Assembly (NCBI RefSeq): GCF_963921235.1
Contig: NC_086108.1
Coordinates: 9,734,001-9,798,000, forward strand
Reading direction: 5' to 3'
DNA length: 64,000 nucleotides
DNA from: Mobula hypostoma
Taxonomy: Eukaryota
A program made the position numbers and the translations under genes. Positions 38,901 to 50,500 of this stretch are shown in pieces. Position 1 is the stretch's first letter. Each line of letters starts with the position of its first letter. The notes beneath the pieces are model-generated. The model made no database searches. It saw nothing but the letters and a program-made list of their open reading frames with translations, and was not told where the DNA came from.

Positions 38901-40960
38901 GATCACCCTACTCCACACCGGGATCACCATACTCCACACCAGAATTACTATACTCCACACCAGGATCACCCTATTGCACACCACAATCGCACTCCACCCC
39001 AGGATCACCCTACTCCACACCGGGATCACCATACTCCACACCAGAATCACTATACTCCACACCAGGATCACCCTACTGCACACCAGAAACACTCTACTCC
39101 ACACCAGAATCACTCTACTCCACGTCAGGATTACCCTACTCCACACCAGGATCACCCTACTGCACACCAGAAACACTCTACTGCACACCATGATCACACT
39201 ACTCCACAGCAGGATCGCACATTTCCACACCCGGATCACACTACCCCACACCAGGATCACCCCACTCCACACCAGAATCACTCTACTCCACACCAGGATC
39301 ACACACCACACCAGAATCACCCTACTCCACAGCAGGATCACCCTACTCCACACCAGGATCACACTCCACACCAGGATCACCCTACTCCACACCAGGATCA
39401 CCCTACTCCACATAAGTATCACACTCCTAACCAGGATCACCTTACTCCACACCAGGATCACAATACTCCACACCAGAATCACACTCCACAACAGGATCAC
39501 CCTACTCCACACCAGAATCACCCTACTTCATACCAGGATCACACTCCACACCAGGATCAGCCTTCGCCACACCAGAATCACCCTACTCCACACCAGAATC
39601 ACCCTACTCCACCCCAGGACCACCCTACTCCACACCAGAATCTCACTCCACACCAGGATCACCTTACTCCTCACCAGGATCAGCCTACGCCACACCAGAA
39701 TCACTCTACTCCACACCAGGATCACCCTACTCCACACCAGAATCACTCTACTCCACACCAGGATCACCCTACTCCACACCAGGACCACCCTACTCCACAC
39801 CAGGACCACCCTACTCCACACCAGGACCACCCTACTCCACACCAGAATCACACTCCACACCAGGATCTCACTCCACACCAGGATCCCCGTACTCCACACC
39901 AGGATCACACTCCACACCAGGATCACCCTACTCCACACCAGAATCACTCTACTGCACACCAGAATCACACTACTGCAGACCAGGATCACCCTACTCCACA
40001 CCAGGATCACACTCCACACCAGGATCACACTACTCCACACCAGGATCCCTGTACTCCACACCAGGATCACACTCCACACCAGGATCACTCTACTCCACAC
40101 CAGGGTCACCACACTCCACTCCATGACTACCCTACTCCACACCAGGATTGCACTTCTCCACACCAGGATCACCCTACTCCACACCAGGATCACAGTTCAC
40201 ACCAGGATCACCCTTCTCTACACCAGAATCACCCTACTCTACAGCAGAATGACCCTTCTCCACACCAGGACCACCCTACTCCACATCAGGATCACACTCC
40301 AGACCAGGATCACCCTACTCCACACCAGAATCGCACTCCACCCGAGGATCACCCTACTCCACACCGGGATCACCATACTCCACACCAGAATCACTCTACT
40401 CCACACCAGGATCACCCTACTGCACAACAGAAAAACTCTATTCCACACCATGATCACACTACTCCACACCAGGATCTCATTCCATACCAGGATCACACTA
40501 CTCCACACCAGGATCACACATTTCCACATCAGGATCACACTACTCCACACCAGGACCACCCTACTCCACACCAGAATCACCCCACTCCACAGCAGGACCA
40601 CCCTACTCCACACAAGGATCACACTACACCACACCAGGATCATACTCCACACCAGGATCGCCCTATTGCACACCAGCATCACCCTACTCCGCACCAGGAT
40701 CGCTCTACTCCACATCAGGATCAACCTACGCCACACCAGAATTGCTCTACTGCACACCAGGATCACCCTACTCCACACCAGAATCACTCTACTCCACACC
40801 AGGATCACTCTACTCCACACCAGGACCACCCTACTCCACACCAGGATTGCCGTTCTCCACACTAGGATCACACTACTCCACACCAGCATCACCCTATTCC
40901 ACACACATCAAAGTTGCTGGTGAACGCAGCAGGCCAGGCAGCATCTCTAGGAAGAGGTAC

Positions 40961-40996
40961 AGTCGACGTTTCAGGCCGAGACCCTTCGTCAGGACT
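40961..40996 (-). ncRNA. Minimal type I hammerhead ribozyme motif
   Basis: Reverse complement is AGTCCTGACGAAGGGTCTCGGCCTGAAACGTCGACT. Confidence 0.8.
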
Positions 40997-41454
40997 AACT
41001 GAAGGAAGAGTGAGTAAGGGATTTGAAAGCTGGAGGGGGAGGGGGAGATGAAGATCTAAGATGAAGCCACACTCAGGTTGGAGGAACAACACCTTATATT
41101 CCGTATGGGTAGCCTCCAACCTGATGGCATGAACATTGACTTCTCTAACTTCCGCTAGGCCCCACCTCCCCCTCGTACCCCATCTGTTACTCTTTTTTAT
41201 GCACACATTCTTTCTCTCACTCTCCTTTTTCTCCCTCTGTCCCTCTGAATATACCTCTTGCCCATCCTCTGGGTCACCCCCCCCCCCCCGTCTTTCTTCC
41301 CGGACCTCCTGTCCCATGATCCTCTCGTATCCCCTTCTGCCTATCACCTGTCCAGCTCTCGGCTCTATCCCTCCCCCTCCTGTCTTCTCCTATCATTTTG
41401 CATCTCCCCCTCCCCCTCCAGCTTTCAAATCCCTTACTCACTCTTCCTTCAGTT

Positions 41455-41490
41455 AGTCCTGACGAAGGGTCTCGGCCTGAAACGTCGACT
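41455..41490 (+). ncRNA. Minimal type I hammerhead ribozyme motif
   Basis: AGTC CTGACGA AGGGTCTCGGCCT GAAAC GTC GACT; predicted cleavage after C41486. Confidence 0.8.
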
Positions 41491-43830
41491 GTACCTCTTC
41501 CTAGAGATGCTGCCTGGCCTGCTGCGTTCACCAGCAACTTTGATGGGTGTTGCTTGAATTTCCAGCATCTGCAGAATTCCTGTTGTTCACCCTATTCCAC
41601 ACCAGGATCACTCTACTCCATACCAGGATCATCCTACTCAACACCAGGACCACCTTACTCCACACCAGGATCACACTCGACACCAGGATCACACTACTCC
41701 ACACCAGGATCACTCTACTCCACACCAGAATCACTCTACTCCACACCAGGATCACCCAACTCCACATCAGGACCACCTTACTCCACACCAGGATCACACT
41801 TCGCACCAGGATCTCACTCCACACCAGGATCGCCCTTCTCCACACCAGGATCACCTTACTCCACAGCAGGATCACCCTACTTCACACCAGAATCACATTC
41901 CACAACAGGATCACCCTACTCCACACCAGAATCACCCTACTTCACACCAGGATCACCTTACTCCACAGCAGGATCACCCTACTTCACACCAGAATCACAT
42001 TCCACAACAGAATCACACTCCACACAAGGATCACCCTACTCCACACCAGAATCACGTTACTCCACACCAGGACCACACTCCACACCAGGACAACCCTACT
42101 CCATACGAGAATCACGATACCCCACACCAGAATCACCTTTCTCCACTCCAAGACCACCCTATTCTACACCAGTACCACCCTATCCCACACCAGGATCACA
42201 CTACCCCACACCAGAATCACCCCACTACACAGCAGGACCACCCTACTCTACACCAGGATCACACTCCACACCAGGATCGCCATATTGCACACCAGCATCA
42301 CCCTACTCCGCACAAGGATTGCCCTACTCCACATCTGGATCAACCTACGCCACACCAGAATAGCTCTACTGCACACCAGGATCACTCTACTCCACACCAG
42401 AATCACTCTACTCCACACCAGGATCACCCTACTCCACACCAGAATCACTCTACTCCACACCAGGATCACCCTACTCCACACCAGGACCACCCTACTCCAC
42501 ACCAGGACCACCCTACTCCACACCAGGACCACCCTACTCCACACCAGGATCACTCTACTCCACACCAGGATCACTCTACTCCACACCAGGATCACCCTAC
42601 TCCACACCAGAATCACTCTACTCCACACCAGGATCACCCTACTCCACACCAGGACCACCCTACTCCACACCAGGACCACACTACTCCACACCAGGACCAC
42701 CCTACTCCACACCAGAATCACACTCCACACCAGGATCTCACTCCACACCAGGATCCCCGTACTCCACACCAGGATCACACTCCACACCAGGATCACCCTA
42801 CTCCACACCAGAATCACTCTACTGCACACCAGAATCACACTACTGCAGACCAGGATCACCCTACTCCACACCAGGATCACACTCCACACCAGGATCACAC
42901 TACTCCACACCAGGATCCCCCTACTCCACACCAGGATCACACTCCACACCAGGATCACTCTACTCCACACCAGGGTCACCCCACTCCACACCAGGACTAC
43001 CCTACTCCACACCAGGATTGCACTTCTCCACACCAGGATCACCCTACTCCACACCAGGATCACAGTTCACACCAGGATCACCCTTCTCTACACCTGAATC
43101 ACCCTACTCTACAGCAGAATGACCCTACTCCATACCAGGACCACCCTACTCCACATCAGGATCACACTCCAGACCAGGATCACCCTACTCCACACCAGAA
43201 TCGCACTCCACCCCAGGATCACCCTACTCCACACCGGGATCACCATACTCCACACCAGAATCACTCTACTCCACACCAGGATCACCCTACTGCACAACAG
43301 AAAAACTCTATTCCACACCATGATCACACTACTCCACACCAGGATCTCATTCCATACCAGGATCACACTACTCCACACCAGGATCACACATTTCCACACC
43401 AGGATCACACTACTCCACACCAGGACCACCCTACTCCACACCAGAATCACCCCACTCCACAGCAGGACCACCCTACTCCACACAAGGATCACACTACACC
43501 ACACCAGGATCATACTCCACACCAGGATCGCCCTATTGCACACCAGCATCACCCTACTCCGCACCAGGATCGCTCTACTCCACATCAGGATCAACCTACG
43601 CCACACCAGAATTGCTCTACTGCACACCAGGATCACCCTACTCCACACCAGAATCACTTTACTCCACACCAGGATCACCCTACTCCACACCAGGACCACC
43701 CTACTCCACACCAGGATTGCCGTTCTCCACACTAGGATCACACTACTCCACACCAGCATCACCCTATTCCACACACATCAAAGTTGCTGGTGAACGCAGC
43801 AGGCCAGGCAGCATCTCTAGGAAGAGGTAC

Positions 43831-43866
43831 AGTCGACGTTTCAGGCCGAGACCCTTCGTCAGGACT
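43831..43866 (-). ncRNA. Minimal type I hammerhead ribozyme motif
   Basis: Identical to 40961-40996. Confidence 0.8.
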
Positions 43867-44323
43867 AACTGAAGGAAGAGTGAGTAAGGGATTTGAAAGC
43901 TGGAGGGGGAGGGGGAGATGAAGATCTAAGATGAAGCCACACTCAGGTTGGAGGAACAACACCTTATATTCCGTATGGGTAGCCTCCAACCTGATGGCAT
44001 GAACATTGACTTCTCTAACTTCCGCTAGGCCCCACCTCCCCCTCGTACCCCATCTGTTACTCTTTTTTATGCACACATTCTTTCTCTCACTCTCCTTTTT
44101 CTCCCTCTGTCCCTCTGAATATACCTCTTGCCCATCCTCTGGGTCACCCCCCCCCCCCGTCTTTCTTCCCGGACCTCCTGTCCCATGATCCTCTCGTATC
44201 CCCTTCTGCCTATCACCTGTCCAGCTCTCGGCTCTATCCCTCCCCCTCCTGTCTTCTCCTATCATTTTGCATCTCCCCCTCCCCCTCCAGCTTTCAAATC
44301 CCTTACTCACTCTTCCTTCAGTT

Positions 44324-44359
44324 AGTCCTGACGAAGGGTCTCGGCCTGAAACGTCGACT
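44324..44359 (+). ncRNA. Minimal type I hammerhead ribozyme motif
   Basis: Identical to 41455-41490; predicted cleavage after C44355. Confidence 0.8.
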
Positions 44360-47017
44360 GTACCTCTTCCTAGAGATGCTGCCTGGCCTGCTGCGTTCAC
44401 CAGCAACTTTGATGTGTGTTGCTTGAATTTCCAGCATCTGCAGAATTCCTGTTGTTCACCCTATTCCACACCAGGATCACTCTACTCCATACCAGGATCA
44501 TCCTACTCAACACCAGGACCACCTTACTCCACACCAGGATCACACTCGACACCAGGATCACACTACTCCACACCAGGATCACTCTACTCCACACCAGAAT
44601 CACTCTACTCCACACCAGGATCACCCAACTCCACATCAGGACCACCTTACTCCACACCAGGATCACACTTCGCACCAGGATCTCACTCCACACCAGGATC
44701 GCCCTTCTCCACACCAGGATCACCTTACTCCACAGCAGGATCACCCTACTTCACACCAGAATCACATTCCACAACAGGATCACCCTACTCCACACCAGAA
44801 TCACCCTACTTCACACCAGGATCACCTTACTCCACAGCAGGATCACCCTACTTCACACTAGAATCACATTCCACAACAGGATCACCCTACTCCACACCAG
44901 AATCACACTCCACACAAGGATCACCCTACTCCACACCAGAATCACCCTACTTCACACCAGGATCACACTCCACACCAGGATCACCCTACTCCACACCAGC
45001 ATCACCCTATTCCACACCAGGATCACTCTACTCCATACCAGGATCACTCTACCCGACATCAGGATCAACTTACTCCGCAGCAGGATCACCCTACTCCACG
45101 CTAGGATCACACTCCAAACCAGGATCACCCTACTACACACCAGGATCACCCTACTCCACACCAGGATCGCCTTACTCCACACCAGGATCACCCTACTCCA
45201 CACCAGGACCACCCTACTCCACACCAGGATCACACACCACACCAGAATCACCCTACTCCACAGCAGGATCACCCTACTCCACACCAGGATCACTCTACTC
45301 CACACCAGGATCACCCCACTCCACACCAGAATCACTCTACTCCACACCAGGATCACCCTACTCCACACCAGAATCACCCTACTCCACAGCAGGATCACCC
45401 TACTCCACACCAGGATCACACTCCACACCAGGATCACCCTACTCCACACCAGGATCACCCTACTCCACATAAGTATCACACTCCTAACCAGGATCACCTT
45501 ACTCCACACCAGGATCACAATACTCCACACCAGAATCACACTCCACAACAGGATCACCCTACTCCACACCAGAATCACCCTACTTCATACCAGGATCACA
45601 CTCCACACCAGGATCAGGCTTTTCCACATCAGAATCACACTACTCCACACCAGAATCACCCTACTCCACACCAGGACCACCCTACTCCACACCAGAATCA
45701 CACTCCACACCAGGATCACCTTACTCCATACCAGGATCACCCTACGCCACACCAGAATCACTCTACTCCACACCAGGATCACCCTACTCCACACCAGAAT
45801 CACTCTACTCCACACCAGGATCACCCTACTCCACACCAGGACCACCCTACTCCACACCAGGACCACCCTACTCCACACCAGGACCACCCTACTCCACACC
45901 AGAATCACACTCCACACCAGGATCTCACTCCACACCAGGATCCCCGTACTCCACACCAGGATCACACTCCACACCAGGATCACCCTACTCCACACCAGAA
46001 TCACTCTACTGCACACCAGAATCACACTACTGCAGACCAGGATCACCCTACTCCACACCAGGATCACACTCCACACCAGGATCACACTACTCCACACCAG
46101 GATCCCTGTACTCCACACCAGGATCACACTCCACACCAGGATCACTCTACTCCACACCAGGGTCACCCCACTCCACACCAGGACTACCTTCTTCCACACC
46201 AGGATTGCACTTCTCCACAGCAGGATCACCCTACTCCACACCAGGATCACAGTTCACACCAGGATCACCCTTCTCTACACCTGAATCACCCTACTCTACA
46301 GCAGAATGACCCTTCTCCACACCAGGACCACCCTACTCCACATCAGGATCACACTCCAGACCAGGATCACCCTACTCCACACCAGAATCGCACTCCACCC
46401 GAGGATCACCCTACTCCACACCGGGATCACCATACTCCACACCAGAATCACTCTACTCCACACCAGGATCACCCTACTGCACAACAGAAAAACTCTATTC
46501 CACACCATGATCACACTACTCCACACCAGGATCTCATTCCATACCAGGATCACACTACTCCACACCAGGATCACACATTTCCACACCAGGATCACACTAC
46601 TCCACACCAGGACCACCCTACTCCACACCAGAATCACCCCACTCCACAGCAGGACCACCCTACTCCACACAAGGATCACACTACACCACACCAGGATCAT
46701 ACTCCACACCAGGATCGCCCTATTGCACACCAGCATCACCCTACTCCGCACCAGGATCGCTCTACTCCACATCAGGATCAACCTACGCCACACCAGAATT
46801 GCTCTACTGCACACCAGGATCACCCTACTCCACACCAGAATCACTTTACTCCACACCAGGATCACCCTACTCCACACCAGGACCACCCTACTCCACACCA
46901 GGATTGCCGTTCTCCACACTAGGATCACACTACTCCACACCAGCATCACCCTATTCCACACACATCAAAGTTGCTGGTGAACGCAGCAGGCCAGGCAGCA
47001 TCTCTAGGAAGAGGTAC

Positions 47018-47053
47018 AGTCGACGTTTCAGGCCGAGACCCTTCGTCAGGACT
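47018..47053 (-). ncRNA. Minimal type I hammerhead ribozyme motif
   Basis: Identical to 40961-40996. Confidence 0.8.
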
Positions 47054-47510
47054 AACTGAAGGAAGAGTGAGTAAGGGATTTGAAAGCTGGAGGGGGAGGG
47101 GGAGATGAAGATCTAAGATGAAGCCACACTCAGGTTGGAGGAACAACACCTTATATTCCGTATGGGTAGCCTCCAACCTGATGGCATGAACATTGACTTC
47201 TCTAACTTCCGCTAGGCCCCACCTCCCCCTCGTACCCCATCTGTTACTCTTTTTTATGCACACATTCTTTCTCTCACTCTCCTTTTTCTCCCTCTGTCCC
47301 TCTGAATATACCTCTTGCCCATCCTCTGGGTCACCCCCCCCCCCCGTCTTTCTTCCCGGACCTCCTGTCCCATGATCCTCTCGTATCCCCTTCTGCCTAT
47401 CACCTGTCCAGCTCTCGGCTCTATCCCTCCCCCTCCTGTCTTCTCCTATCATTTTGCATCTCCCCCTCCCCCTCCAGCTTTCAAATCCCTTACTCACTCT
47501 TCCTTCAGTT

Positions 47511-47546
47511 AGTCCTGACGAAGGGTCTCGGCCTGAAACGTCGACT
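47511..47546 (+). ncRNA. Minimal type I hammerhead ribozyme motif
   Basis: Identical to 41455-41490; predicted cleavage after C47542. Confidence 0.8.
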
Positions 47547-50500
47547 GTACCTCTTCCTAGAGATGCTGCCTGGCCTGCTGCGTTCACCAGCAACTTTGAT
47601 GTGTGTTGCTTGAATTTCCAGCATCTGCAGAATTCCTGTTGTTCACCCTATTCCACACCAGGATCACTCTACTCCATACCAGGATCATCCTACTCAACAC
47701 CAGGACCACCTTACTCCACACCAGGATCACACTCGACACCAGGATCACACTACTCCACACCAGGATCACTCTACTCCACACCAGAATCACTCTACTCCAC
47801 ACCAGGATCACCCAACTCCACATCAGGACCACCTTACTCCACACCAGGATCACACTTCGCACCAGGATCTCACTCCACACCAGGATCGCCCTTCTCCACA
47901 CCAGGATCACCTTACTCCACAGCAGGATCACCCTACTTCACACCAGAATCACATTCCACAACAGGATCACCCTACTCCACACCAGAATCACCCTACTTCA
48001 CACCAGGATCACCTTACTCCACAGCAGGATCACCCTACTTCACACCAGAATCACATTCCACAACAGAATCACACTCCACACAAGGATCACCCTACTCCAC
48101 AGCAGAATCACGTTACTCCACACCAGGACCACACTCCACACCAGGACAACCCTACTCCATACGAGAATCACGATACCCCACACCAGAATCACCTTTCTCC
48201 ACTCCAAGACCACCCTATTCTACACCAGTACCACCCTATCCCACACCAGGATCACACTACCCCACACCAGAATCACCCCACTACACAGCAGGACCACCCT
48301 ACTCTACACCAGGATCACACTCCACACCAGGATCGCCATATTGCACACCAGCATCACCCTACTCCGCACAAGGATTGCCCTACTCCACATCTGGATCAAC
48401 CTACGCCACACCAGAATAGCTCTACTGCACACCAGGATCACTCTACTCCACACCAGAATCACTCTACTCCACACCAGGATCACCCTACTCCACACCAGGA
48501 TCACACTCCGCACCAGGATCTCACTCCACACCTGGATCGCCCTTCTCCACACCAGGATCACACTACCCCACACCAGAATCACCCCACTACACAGCAGGAC
48601 CACCCTACTCTACACCAGGATCACACTCCACACCAGGATCGCCATATTGCACACCAGCATCACCCTACTCCGCACAAGGATTGCCCTACTCCACATCTGG
48701 ATCAACCTACGCCACACCAGAATAGCTCTACTGCACACAAGGTTCACCCTACTCCACACCAGAATCACTCTACTCCACACCAGGATCACCCTACTCCACA
48801 CCAGGATCACACTCCGCACCAGGATCTCACTCCACACCTGGATCGCCCTTCTCCACACCAGGATCACCCTACTACACACCAGAATCAGGTTACTCCACAC
48901 CAGGACCACACTCCACAGCAGGACAACCCTACTCCATACGAGAATCACGATTCTCCACACCAGAATCACCTTACTCCACTCCAAGACCACCCTATTCCAC
49001 ACCAGTACCACCCTATCCCACACCAGGATCACACTACCCCACACCAGAATCACCCTACTCCATACCAGGATCACTCTACCCCACACCAGAATCACCCTAC
49101 TGCACACCAGAATCACACTACTGCACACCAGGATCACCCTACACCACACCAGGATCACCCTACTCCACACCAGGATCGCCCTACTCCATACCAGAATCAC
49201 TCTACTCCACACCAGGATCGCCCTACTCCACACCAGAATCACTCTACTCCACACCAGGATCATCCCACTCCACACCAGGATCACACTACTCCACACCAGG
49301 ATCACCCTACTCCACACCAGAATCACTCTACTCCACACCAGGATCACTCTACTCCACCAGGACCACCCTACACACCAGGATCACACTCCGCACCAGGATC
49401 TCACTCCACACCAGGATCGCCCTTCTCCACACCAGGATCAACTTACTCCACACCAGAATCACCCTACTCCACACCAGAATCACCCTACTTCACACCAGGA
49501 TCACACTCCACACCAAGATCACCCTACTCCACACCAGAATCATCCTACTCCACAGCAGGACCACCCTACTCCACACCAAAATTGCCCTTCTCCACACTAG
49601 GATCACCCTACTCCACACCAGCATCACCCTATTCCACACCAGAATCACTCTACTCCATACCAGGATCACTCTACCCCACATCAGGATCACCTTACTCTAC
49701 ACCAGGATCACCCTACTCCACACCAGCATCACCCTATTCCACACCAGAATCACTCTACTCCATACCAGGATCGCCCTACTCCACACCAGAATCACTCTAC
49801 TCCACACCAGGATCATCCTACTCCACACCAGGACCACCCTGCTCCACACCAGGATCACACTCCACACCAGGATCACACTACTCCACACCAGGATCACCCT
49901 ACTCCGCACCAGAATCACTCTACTCCACACCAGGATCACTCTACTCCACACCAGAATCACCCTACTGCACACCAGAATCACACTACTGCACACCAGGATC
50001 ACCCTACACCACACCAGGATCACCCTACTCCACACCAGGATCGCCCTACTCCATACCAGAATCACTCTACTCCACACCAGGATCATCCTACTCCACACCA
50101 GGAATACCCTGCTCCACACCAGGATCACACTCCACACCAGGATCACACTACTCCACACCAGGATCACCCTACTCCACACCAGAATCACTCTACTCCAAAC
50201 CAGGATCACCCTACTCCACAACAGGACCACCCTACTCCACACCAGGATCACACTCCGCACCAGGATCTCACTCCACACCAGGATCGCCCTTCTCCACACC
50301 AGGATCGCCCTACTCCACACCAGAATCACCCTACTCCACACCAGAATCACCCTACTTCACACCAGGATCACACTCCACACCAAGATCACCCTACTCCACA
50401 CCAGAATCATCCTACTCCACACCAGGACCACCCTACTCCACACCAAGATTGCCCTTCTCCACACTAGGATCACCCTACTCCACACCAGCATCACCCTATT

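Larger units (their letters stand above)
40905..41586. mobile_element. PLE-derived inverted-repeat cassette, copy 1
   Basis: 40901-41050 is the reverse complement of 41401-41550 (one mismatch). The forward part 41058-41586 is the last GIY-YIG codons (KDEATLRLEEQHLIF-like) plus the 3' UTR. TSD TCACCCTATTCCACAC at 40889-40904 and 41587-41602. Confidence 0.95.
43775..44455. mobile_element. PLE-derived inverted-repeat cassette, copy 2
   Basis: Near-identical to copy 1, with the same junctions and the same TSD (43759-43774, 44456-44471). Confidence 0.95.
46962..47642. mobile_element. PLE-derived inverted-repeat cassette, copy 3
   Basis: Near-identical to copies 1 and 2, with the same junctions and TSD (46946-46961, 47643-47658). 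Confidence 0.95.

Noticed and set aside
22504..47593. Recurring ORFs containing SVSPDEGSRPETSTV or MLVNAAGQAASLG as a gene family
   Set aside because: They are translations of the PLE 3' UTR and hammerhead region, not a protein.
40905..47642. Cassettes as MITEs or DNA transposons because of their terminal inverted repeats
   Set aside because: The arms are PLE 3' UTR sequence, are asymmetric (the right arm extends 36 bp further), include GIY-YIG codons internally and have a long TSD, consistent with retrotransposition plus inversion.
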